A model generated the notes under the pieces. That model was not told the origin of the DNA. It worked only from the letters and a program-made list of their open reading frames with translations, and did no database searches. Below, one piece after another: positions 55,601 to 61,721 of a stretch of DNA of 64,000 bases; the stretch's first letter is position 1; each line of letters begins with the position of its first letter. The stretch spans positions 48,784 to 112,783 of the forward strand of contig JAGXFP010000071.1 of NCBI GenBank assembly GCA_024637225.1. Direction: 5' to 3'. The stretch is from Desulfobacterales bacterium. Its GTDB lineage: Bacteria > Desulfobacterota > Desulfobulbia > Desulfobulbales > JAGXFP01. A program made the position numbers and the translations under genes.

Positions 55601-55696
55601 GCTATCCTGAGTATCGAACAGACCAATCCCGGCGTGGTAAAAAGCGGGATGAGATCGTGGCGGGAGCTGAGCGGAAAAGGTAGTAGCTGCAATTGA
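49661..55696 (+). CDS. pilY1: giant PilY1/PilC-family type IV pilus tip adhesin (2011 aa) with split vWA motifs and Cys-rich insertions
   Basis: Signal peptide. vWA/MIDAS elements are LLLLIDNSASM (aa 61-71), NLRMGAMVFND, TWTPTAEAM and VLLITDGAST (aa 809-818). PilY1 propeller signatures are LGDIIHSTPTLVGSP, IYAGGNDGGMHAFN, WGTVLVGGMRFGG, YFILDITNP and DYDLDFKTDTLYFG. Confidence 0.85.
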   Translation: MEQGNAMKGMIGREAWKLVIFAIFLGLLPALNVGAVRAAGETMSDYTKLPAFLETGLKPNLLLLIDNSASMYDPAYLDPVVEELDAQGDPTGKTLSGGIDFCFADDYDNAVAYAGYFSPLAEIWYRYVDSPFCSNDTYANESDCTANSGTWNDADDQFIQLSKSEAETFCSDETGIEYASDDLCITVNSGTDPDTVTAFAAKGRFLNWLAASKFDVEKEILSGGKYHQTNNELIMETRGCMGKRFVKSEEVYLNGDSTTTPYYSTFAIRPPDDGSDGTDEITDDQAYNGSSHNTRIEIYKVSLTGFDADSCNTVISEFTESRPELGSITSVIDTCLGPETPEESVVLNHVTQECWYYNVFGVFQSGEGSVTSLKGKCEDIYNASSGDKPPPDDYQSPAELSAGELCYGEYDSSHSAGGEPWGSGYMGQCWEEQYARWDDNPCVGDGTNVSAATAIQDANEFWYYCADNDSDSVDEYIRCGKNQRHSCQASDWTVWQTPVSADPSGVPAEVYWTNDEVVAGSETTAKQGNTCAQYALESFCTELDQQTTVDPSDGIKGSNSGAKIPATLVDYAVSGQLGDPLKTLKGRVVPPQEPVGLINEFKYNLRMGAMVFNDGTATECASVEDRPGSGRYVASLYGCMEVDHTNGAILSNPPKKDGGRIIAYIDEGDGHIDSLVEAINDVNADTWTPTAEAMYNAIGYFTQDSTNDLRINPPTGDPALGFGGDFIRDSDWGLNFGASDMNAWAIGTPYAKGDIVYTAANKMGYTKLYRAKNAGTSAYCADCSYIEEDSGVKWMPYDPVQAGCQSNNVLLITDGASTADIHGNGIASGMTDFVTAGNDDSDLAATWIATETEPTDYECMSWIDKTGASNTDGVFDFGEPIVHKNYGSTLLDDLTYYGHSGSTIYSHSAIGGVDKEPIKTHIVAAGTLRNDAPGLECNSRTILNSAADNGGTTLVEAADPTDLEEKLRDVFEAIGGEVSSGSAASVISHSRSGDGAIYQAIFYPKQVDAQMNEVDWTGDVHALWLDAHGNIREDCGATDCTGTTGDKTMNPRVDRIVTFYTDATGSAMARLFSDANGDGSYDNSASCSDPTYTNEDDCEDNFKVWSYADNPDFVDDGVLLKDLLYIWSAADWLADASPGQRAYDSVASERYIFTMLPDASGNPDMVAFTTSALGPPSGAFTADEYDGYLNAFSSLDSDINRTADGIVNYVRGLDQTGYRSRQIDWTPSTGLETVKLGDIIHSTPTLVGSPAENYDVIYGDPTYRNFRKKYQNRRAVIYAGGNDGGMHAFNGGYYDRHNKRFLKAPPVPGSDPVVYETQYDLAAELWMYVPKNILPHLRWLTDHNYGDGHVYYVDGKPYIFDGKIFSEEAACTDADLTNDDQCLHPGGWGTVLVGGMRFGGGNIGVDIDGAGDDEIIRSAYFILDITNPEYPPVVLAEFTDEDLGYTIGSPTAIPMLRCDKNTVAGLGDCNTKNWPMDWYLAFGSGPHSDDPVPAGPQEGMRGVSDQNAKLYVMRLGGTNTSGLTPASLGHLGSGQVASGVVSFSNQPILVSVNGVTSGQCSDPAHTTEADCLGAAEIWISDPFTPGACSDFTSADEAACLAAGKVWNPVSCKGIPGVWDTYSSFNCVGSGPGRYWDHWWGLNTGRGCYERTSTEECLARSGWWVPGNNASGICSDTRDTSKSECLRFYGTWKNTYPNSFFGDFIAVDYDLDFKTDTLYFGSVLDTRSWAGHEAHGGALHRLVSGDNPDPATWSFNLFSNVGSPVAAAPSVASDGQRAWVYFGTGRYYSAEEDKAIATPFQPTRFLGLKERYGDDGNMDLTLPNGGNLVDVTATWVKPGGELVSPPPSITGVGTFDELNVKISELDTDTTNDDKDIYHGWKINLAGRERVIGQPAILGDIVTFTSYIPSDDPCEPDGTSYLWAVYYRTGTAYHKSVIGTKVRTEGTEVLRKVGLGSGLSTTPNIHAGAGDGTKAFVQSSTGAILSIEQTNPGVVKSGMRSWRELSGKGSSCN

Positions 55697-55809
55697 TGAT
55701 TGCCGGTCCTGAAAAAAACAGGGCACGGGCCGGGAGCGCACGGATACATGAATAACTCAGGTTGAGGACATGTGCCAGGGAACTGAAGATTAAAGGTAGT
55801 TAAAACTGA

Positions 55810-56268
55810 ATGGGACGTAAGATGACAAGGATGTTGAAAGCAGGATCAGGAAGCGGGGGCTTCAGTCTGATCGAGGTGATGGTCGTGATCGCTATTATCG
55901 GGATTCTGTCGGCGGTGGCGGTGCCGGCCTATTTCAATCATGTCATGCGGAACCGCCAGACCGACGCGGTTTACGAGTTGATGGCGATCAATGCCTCCCA
56001 GGAGAGGTATTTCGCCGAAAAGGGCACCTATGCCGCTGTTTTTGGAGACCTGGATCATTATGACGGCGCCGGCACCGATTATACCGGCAAATATTTTACC
56101 TATAATCTGTCCGGCGGCATGATTACCGCCACCGCCGATCTTGACGGTGATCCGGCCACTCAAACGATTTGGCGGGTAAGGGTCGGGGATATCAACGATA
56201 AGCCGAGCCAGGTCAGTTCCAACGAGGAATTCGGCTGGTCTGCCCTGGCGGCGGTGCTGGCCGATTAG
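55810..56268 (+). CDS. type IVa pilin (PilE/PilA-like)
   Basis: GG|FSLIEVMVVIAIIGILSAVAVPAYFNHVMRNRQ. The exact start is ambiguous (ATGs at 55810, 55822 and 55831). Confidence 0.85.
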   Translation: MGRKMTRMLKAGSGSGGFSLIEVMVVIAIIGILSAVAVPAYFNHVMRNRQTDAVYELMAINASQERYFAEKGTYAAVFGDLDHYDGAGTDYTGKYFTYNLSGGMITATADLDGDPATQTIWRVRVGDINDKPSQVSSNEEFGWSALAAVLAD

Positions 56269-56328
56269 GAGATTTACCGGTTTCGGCAAAGCGATGCCGG
56301 AATCATCTTGACTTGATGGAGATGGAAG

Positions 56329-56787
56329 ATGTCTTTTGTGAAAAGGATCTTGTTGTTCGCCGGGACGGTGGTTTTGTCCCAGCTGTTTTGTATGTACGCC
56401 GCCGCTGCTCAAACTCCGCTGAAAAGAGCGGATGTTTTCATTAATCAAAAATACAGCATGCCGATAGAGTTCGATAAAAGACTGCTGGACAGGAATTTTC
56501 GGCAAAAGATCGACAGGCAGCAGCTTAAAGAATTGCTCCGGCCCCGGGAGGTTTCCTATGTGCCTTTCCAGATCAGCACCACGGCCGGCCCCTTTGCCGT
56601 TTCGGTTCACACCGAGGTAGTTAGGGATGGCGGCGCCATCAATATTGACGATCTGCCCGTGCCGTGTTCGGCCTATGTCTTTTTTTACTCTTCTTCGGAG
56701 GGAAGACCTCCGATCGCGATGAAAATTGTGGTTAATAATGTCGCCGATGAGGCCACGGTAAGATGGAGCCGGGCGGCCCCGAAATAA
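56329..56787 (+). CDS. orphan secreted protein (152 aa)
   Basis: GGAGATGG RBS. Signal peptide ILLFAGTVVLSQLFCMYAAAAQ. No recognised motif. It lies between the pilin and the ATPase gene. Confidence 0.55.
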   Translation: MSFVKRILLFAGTVVLSQLFCMYAAAAQTPLKRADVFINQKYSMPIEFDKRLLDRNFRQKIDRQQLKELLRPREVSYVPFQISTTAGPFAVSVHTEVVRDGGAINIDDLPVPCSAYVFFYSSSEGRPPIAMKIVVNNVADEATVRWSRAAPK

Positions 56788-56884
56788 TTAAGCCTGGATT
56801 TTATTTGAGTAAGCTGGATGGCTATCGGCTGATGATAAGAGCATCTTTTTGTTGTGCAAAATTATATTCGTTTAACAGTGTCCG

Positions 56885-58675
56885 ATGAGCTATATCAATA
56901 ACTCCACATACCTTTTCGACCTGCTGGTCCGGGAGGAGCTGATCTCGGAAGAGCAGAAGGAGATGCTTGCCCGAAAGGGTTCCCATCAGCGCCAGCTCCT
57001 GCTCCGGGAGCGGCGCAAGAAGAGCGGTTCGACCCGGCGGGTCCGGGAGCCGGATCTGGTCGAGGTTATTGTCTCCCTCCACCTGGAGATTCCCGGCGAC
57101 AAACATCATCCCCTGACCGAAGAGATGATCATGCGGACCGTGGCCGGGGACCACGATTTGCCGTTCAAGAAGCTCGACCCCCTGGAACTCGATCTGGAGG
57201 TGGTCACCAGGACCATTCCCAAGAATTACGCGGTCAAGCATCTGATGATCCCGTTCGCCCTTAAAAACGGGGTGCACGAGATCGCCATGTACGATCCGGT
57301 CAAGCTCGAGGTCCTGGAGGAAATCGAGCGGGCCAACAAGATCACCATCAAGCCCTATATCAGCACCCGGACCGATATCAGCCGGATGCTGGCCGAGTTT
57401 TTCGGCTTCCAGAGCTCAATTTCGGCGGCCGAGGTCCATCTGGCCAAGCCGCTGGTCGATCTCGGCAACCTCGAGCAGTACGTCAAGATCAATCGGGCCG
57501 GCGAGATCACCTCTTCCGACCATCATATCACCGCCGCGGTCGATCATTTTTTCACCTACGCCTTCGATCAGCGGGCCAGCGACATCCATATCGAGCCGAA
57601 ACGGGAAAAGAGCCTGATCCGGCTGCGGATCGACGGGGTGCTCCACACCATCTACACCCTGCCGATGGCGGTCCATTCGGCCATCGTTTCCCGACTGAAG
57701 ACCCTGGCCCGGATGAACATCGCCGAGCGCCGGCGCCCCCAGGACGGCCGGATCAAGGTGGATCACGAGGATCAGGAGGCCGAGATCCGGGTCTCCACCG
57801 TGCCGGTGGCCTTCGGCGAGAAGGTGGTGATGCGGATTCTCGATTCGGCGGTGATGTTCCAGGATGTCGAGACCCTGGGGTTCAGCGCCCGCGATCTCGA
57901 AATCTACCGGGGCTTCATGAAGAGCCCCCACGGCATCGTCCTGGTCACCGGCCCGACCGGCAGCGGTAAATCGACCACCCTCTACTCAACCTTAAAGCAG
58001 ATCTCCACTTCCGAAAACAATGTGACCACCGTCGAAGATCCGATCGAGATGATTCACGAGGAGTTCAACCAGATCGCGGTCCAGAACCAGATCGACGTGA
58101 CCTTTTCGACGATCCTCCGCAATATCCTCCGCCAGGACCCGGATATCATCATGATCGGCGAGATCCGGGATCTGGATACGGCGGTCAATGCGATCCAGGC
58201 CGCCCTCACCGGCCATCTGGTTTTTTCGACTCTGCACACCAACGATGCGGTCTCCTCGATCAGCCGGCTTACCGATCTGGGCACCCAGCCCTTTCTGATC
58301 GGCTCGACTCTGTTGGGGGCCATGGCCCAGCGCCTGGTCCGGACCATCTGCCCGGACTGCCGGCAGCCCGTCAAGGTCGATGCCGGCCTGCTGCGCAATT
58401 TCGGCTTTCCCGTCGAGGGCGAGGGCAAGATCGAACTCCAGGCCGGGAAGGGCTGCCGGCAATGCCGGCAAACCGGCTTTCTGGGGCGGTCGGGCGTTTT
58501 CGAGATATTCCCCGTTTCCGATGCGATCAATCGGATGATCTGCCAGGGGGAGTCCGAAGCGGAGATCCGCGAGCAGGCGATCAAGGAAGGGATGACCACC
58601 CTTAAGGAAGATGCCTGGCGGAAGGTTAAAAAGGGGATCACCACCTACGAGGAGGCGGCCCGGGTCACCGGGTAA
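56885..58675 (+). CDS. pilB: GspE/PilB-family type IV pilus assembly ATPase
   Basis: T2SSE N-terminal domain, Walker A VTGPTGSGKSTTLY, Walker B IMIGEIRD, and the tetracysteine Zn motif CPDC...CRQC. Confidence 0.9.
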   Translation: MSYINNSTYLFDLLVREELISEEQKEMLARKGSHQRQLLLRERRKKSGSTRRVREPDLVEVIVSLHLEIPGDKHHPLTEEMIMRTVAGDHDLPFKKLDPLELDLEVVTRTIPKNYAVKHLMIPFALKNGVHEIAMYDPVKLEVLEEIERANKITIKPYISTRTDISRMLAEFFGFQSSISAAEVHLAKPLVDLGNLEQYVKINRAGEITSSDHHITAAVDHFFTYAFDQRASDIHIEPKREKSLIRLRIDGVLHTIYTLPMAVHSAIVSRLKTLARMNIAERRRPQDGRIKVDHEDQEAEIRVSTVPVAFGEKVVMRILDSAVMFQDVETLGFSARDLEIYRGFMKSPHGIVLVTGPTGSGKSTTLYSTLKQISTSENNVTTVEDPIEMIHEEFNQIAVQNQIDVTFSTILRNILRQDPDIIMIGEIRDLDTAVNAIQAALTGHLVFSTLHTNDAVSSISRLTDLGTQPFLIGSTLLGAMAQRLVRTICPDCRQPVKVDAGLLRNFGFPVEGEGKIELQAGKGCRQCRQTGFLGRSGVFEIFPVSDAINRMICQGESEAEIREQAIKEGMTTLKEDAWRKVKKGITTYEEAARVTG

Positions 58676-58830
58676 TCGCTTACAGGGCACCACATCTTGC
58701 GGCGATCGGTCCGGCTTACTTACTGAAGTACGCATCGCCGTCCCGCTTGCCGCAACCTGCGGCACCCCGTAATCGCTTACCGGATGGAAGAATGGCAGAA
58801 CCTGGGCGGCTTATCCAGTGATCGGGTAAG
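58672..58830 (+). repeat. about 160-bp palindromic repeat, copy 1
   Basis: GTAATCGCTTACAGGGCACCACATCTTGCGGCGATCG...GTACGCATCGCCGTCCCGCTTGCCGCAACCTGCGGCACCCCGTAATCGCTTACC...GGGCGGCTTATCC. It starts inside the pilB stop codon and matches 58943-59105. Confidence 0.85.
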
Positions 58831-58909
58831 ATTCGAGTTGTCCCGGGCAGTCTCTCTTTGCCAAAAAGCGCGATACTGGTTATAGTAATAAACAAGCAGT
58901 TGACAGCGT

Positions 58910-58942
58910 CCCTTGCTTTCGTCCGAAAGGCAGGGGTTTTTT
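58910..58942 (+). terminator. hairpin plus T-run (likely terminator of the pilus operon)
   Basis: CCCTTGCTTTCG-TC-CGAAAGGCAGGGG followed by TTTTTT. It lies between the two 160-bp repeats. Confidence 0.6.
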
Positions 58943-59105
58943 GTAAGCGATCACAGGGCACCACATTTTGCGGCGATCGACCCGGCTCACGTACAAAATG
59001 TACGCATCGCCGTCCCGCTTGCCGCAATCTGCGGCACCCTGTAAACGCTTACCGACCGGGAGATTGGCCAATTATGGGCGGCTTATCCCCGTAATCGGTT
59101 ACGCA
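58943..59105 (+). repeat. about 160-bp palindromic repeat, copy 2
   Basis: Direct repeat of 58672-58830 with scattered substitutions. It ends 38 nt before the smpB start. Confidence 0.85.
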
Positions 59106-59143
59106 TTTTTTATTGGTGTTTTTGAGAAGAAGGAGAAGGGCGG

Positions 59144-59596
59144 GTGTCCGGCAAGGTAGCGGCAAAAAACAAGAAGGCCTATCACGATTATTTCATCGAT
59201 GACACTCTGGAGGCCGGCATGGTCTTGAAGGGCTCCGAGGTGAAGTCGATCCGGGCCGGCAAGGTCAATCTGAAGGACGGCTTTGCCAAGGTCAAAAACG
59301 GCGAGGTCTTCCTCTATAATGTCCATATTTCGCCATACAGTCATGCCAGCTACAACGCGCCCGAGGCCGAGCGGGTCAGGAAACTGCTGCTTCATCGCCG
59401 GGAGATCAAAAAACTGATCGGCAAGATTCAGGAAAAAGGATTTGCCCTGATCCCCTTGAAGATATACTTTATAAGCAGCGGCAAGGCCAAGATCGAATTG
59501 GGCCTGGGCCGCGGCAAGCGTCTCTACGACAAGCGGGCTACGCTGAAGAAGAAGGAAAGCGACCGCGAAATGGAGCGAGCCTTAAGAAAGGAATAA
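59144..59596 (+). CDS. smpB: SsrA-binding protein
   Basis: [17 protein letters not shown], and a basic C-terminal tail. GTG start with an AGGAGA RBS. Confidence 0.95.
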   Translation: MSGKVAAKNKKAYHDYFIDDTLEAGMVLKGSEVKSIRAGKVNLKDGFAKVKNGEVFLYNVHISPYSHASYNAPEAERVRKLLLHRREIKKLIGKIQEKGFALIPLKIYFISSGKAKIELGLGRGKRLYDKRATLKKKESDREMERALRKE

Positions 59597-59630
59597 AATA
59601 AGTCGGAATTATGGATCCCCCGATTCTTAA

Positions 59631-59657
59631 TTCCACACGATTAAATATTAATATAAT
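59631..59657 (+). promoter_or_regulatory. candidate ssrA promoter (-10 TATAAT at 59652-59657)
   Basis: A perfect TATAAT lies 4 nt upstream of the mature tmRNA 5' end. The -35 is weak (TTCCAC with a short spacer). Confidence 0.35.
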
Positions 59658-59660
59658 TAT

Positions 59661-60019
59661 GGGGGCGAAACGGATTCGACGGGGACATATAAGCTTGGGC
59701 TGCGTGCCGAGTTCTGATAACTCGTTAAACTGTCAGATATAAACATAATCGCTGACGATTATGCACATGCTGTAGCAGCGTAAATTGCTACCGTTCATCA
59801 TAACCCCTTCCCGTGGGGTTTTGACTGAACGTCGCTAATACGGGATAGCCTGCCGGCTGCGCTTGCCGGCCGATGGGCGAAACCTCAGCAAGATAGTGTT
59901 GGAAATTCTAGTCCTGGAGATGCTCCGACACGATAAATAACTTTTTGACAGGACTATGCATGTAGACGCCTACAGGGGAGTGTTTCCGGACGCGGGTTCG
60001 ACTCCCGCCGCCTCCACCA
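59661..60019 (+). ncRNA. ssrA: tmRNA (SsrA), tag reading frame ...ADDYAHAVAA*
   Basis: 5' GGGGGCGAAACGGATTCGACGGGG and 3' GGACGCGGGTTCGACTCCCGCCGCCTCCACCA. The acceptor stem has a G3:U pair. The tag ORF GCT GAC GAT TAT GCA CAT GCT GTA GCA GCG TAA is at 59751-59783. Confidence 0.95.
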
Positions 60020-60024
60020 TTGTT

Positions 60025-60071
60025 AAAGCCGGTAAAATCAGGTGATTATCTTGATTCTACCGGCTTTTTTT
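60025..60071 (+). terminator. rho-independent terminator after ssrA
   Basis: AAAGCCGGTA...TACCGGC followed by TTTTTTT. Confidence 0.75.
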
Positions 60072-60247
60072 ACGTGTCGGATCGGTATCCACAATCAGCC
60101 GGTTGTAAATGGTTCTGAGTATTTCTTTTTTCCACCGGAAATATCCTGCAAAGATCTTGCTGGTTCCCCGCACAACTTTGCATTGGCATAGTTGCCGGGA
60201 ACCCGTTAGAGTTTGGCCGAGATCAAGAGAAGTGCGGATGTTTCAAT

Positions 60248-61153
60248 CTATTTTTCGCCGTGACATGTTTCACAACCAGTTGCAGCTGTAGAATCACCAC
60301 TTTGATTATCAGAATAAGTAAAGCGCAGCAGGTCCGGCTCCCCGGAACCATGAGGGCGGTGGCATGAAATGCACATTACCATATCGGTGTCGAGACCCGT
60401 GGTCCCCATGGGTGTTGTCTGACTTCCGGTAAAGGTGGCGGCGGGGTATTCATTGGAAAGACTTACATCTGTCGGATGCCTGATCCATGCGTTGGGAGTT
60501 GGATCCTGCCCGGCGCCTTGATTGCTGGGGCCGGAACCGTGAAAAAGGCCATGGCATGTAGCACAAAAGAGATTGAGTGAAGCGGCATCGTAGATGTTTT
60601 GTCCCGCTGCGATTTCAAAATTGGCATCTCCGGTCCCTTTTACATAGACCGAGTCACGGCCAAGCATCCGATAGGAACTTGTCGCATCACCCAGGCGGGG
60701 GGCGTCGGCGGTCATATGTCCGATAGTTCTGTCGTGACAGTTTTCACAGGTTATTTGTGAACTGGCATCGTACGTCGTGGCTGTACCCGGAATCGTGGTG
60801 AATTGGGGATCAAGAGGCAAGATGAGGTCGGAAACATTATGTTGCATTCCATTGGAACTCGAGGTGGAAAAGTACCCGCCGGCAATCGGGTTTCCGCTGT
60901 CAATGACCTGTGGTGCCTTGGGGGAGCCATCGGCTCGGCCGGTCGTAAGGTTGTTTGATGAATACGCGTGACAGCCGATGCAGTCAAATTTCTTTAAAAG
61001 GTTTGGAAGGGGGCCGTCGGTGGCCACCGGGTTGCCATCTTGGCTGTCATGCATGGTGTGGCATTCGGCGCATGGGCCGGTCAGACCCTGGTGGGCGGTG
61101 GCTAGAGCCGGAATTGACAAAAACGCGGCCAGCACAAAAAATCGCTTTATCAT
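60248..61153 (-). CDS. secreted hexahaem c-type cytochrome (301 aa)
   Basis: Six CXXCH motifs (CAECH, CIGCH, CENCH, CATCH, CISCH, CETCH). Signal peptide MIKRFFVLAAFLSIPALATA. GGGGGG RBS. The C-terminal CISCHRPHGS...CETCH resembles the doubled-CXXCH arrangement. Confidence 0.85.
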   Translation of the reverse strand: MIKRFFVLAAFLSIPALATAHQGLTGPCAECHTMHDSQDGNPVATDGPLPNLLKKFDCIGCHAYSSNNLTTGRADGSPKAPQVIDSGNPIAGGYFSTSSSNGMQHNVSDLILPLDPQFTTIPGTATTYDASSQITCENCHDRTIGHMTADAPRLGDATSSYRMLGRDSVYVKGTGDANFEIAAGQNIYDAASLNLFCATCHGLFHGSGPSNQGAGQDPTPNAWIRHPTDVSLSNEYPAATFTGSQTTPMGTTGLDTDMVMCISCHRPHGSGEPDLLRFTYSDNQSGDSTAATGCETCHGEK

Positions 61154-61721
61154 TTTTTTTATTTCCCCCCTGAGTATTTCTATGCCGCCCGGTTTAATGT
61201 AAATAGCGCCGCCAGCCGCCGTAGACCTTGTTACACTTTTTTGCCTTTGTTGCGGAAGATAATTCAATTCCCCCTATGCCATCGGTAGATCTTTGATGCC
61301 ACCCTGGTCGGCCTGTCCATGATTGGTGCTCTGGCAGTCAGAAACCTCGGCGGAAGCCCGGCTGGAAGGATTTATATAAAGGGGGCCAATAAGTTAACCA
61401 ACGGTTTCATTTTTATAACTCAAATTGAATGATGCTTCAATCAAATAAACAATGTGATAGACAATTTAGTCTGAACAGACTTTGGGGAAAGGATCTGGTC
61501 AGGCCTTGGCTCATTCAGACAAGGGATCGGCGGGCAATTGTCCTATTTAATCTACTGGGAACTTTTAAATTCTTGAAGGCGAGGATGGTTTTGTTACGTT
61601 TTCAACAGGATATTTTGGCTCTTTGCTGAGTTTATTGTCTGGCTCTGGACATCGAGACAGCAACGGCTTATTGTATGAAGTCGTGTAATTCTTTTGGGCG
61701 GATTTTTTTCTGGATCAAACT

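Noticed and set aside
55715-55745. sigma54 promoter upstream of the pilE/pilA-like gene (AGGGCACGGGCCGGGAGCGCA)
   Set aside because: A GGGCAC -24-like element is present, but no TTGC at the required spacing for the -12 element.
56885-57000. MshEN-type c-di-GMP binding motif at the PilB N-terminus (YLFDLLVREELISEEQKEML)
   Set aside because: The hydrophobic spacing partly matches RLGxxLVxxGLIxxxxL. However, the key Arg and both Gly positions are replaced (Y, F, E) and the downstream Leu register is off by one. It is probably just an amphipathic helix.
58672-59105. Possible CRISPR-like array
   Set aside because: There are only two repeat copies. Each is about 160 bp and internally palindromic, with a single 112-bp spacer containing a terminator. 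No cas genes are present. It fits the MITE/REP-like repeat families seen elsewhere in the window.
61154-61430. Cyclic-dinucleotide (GEMM-type) riboswitch in the cytochrome 5' leader, as occurs upstream of some Geobacter cytochrome and pilus genes
   Set aside because: I read the minus-strand leader and did not find the conserved ACGCACAGGGCAAACC / GGGACGCAAAGCC elements or a convincing two-hairpin layout. A covariance-model scan would be needed to exclude it fully.
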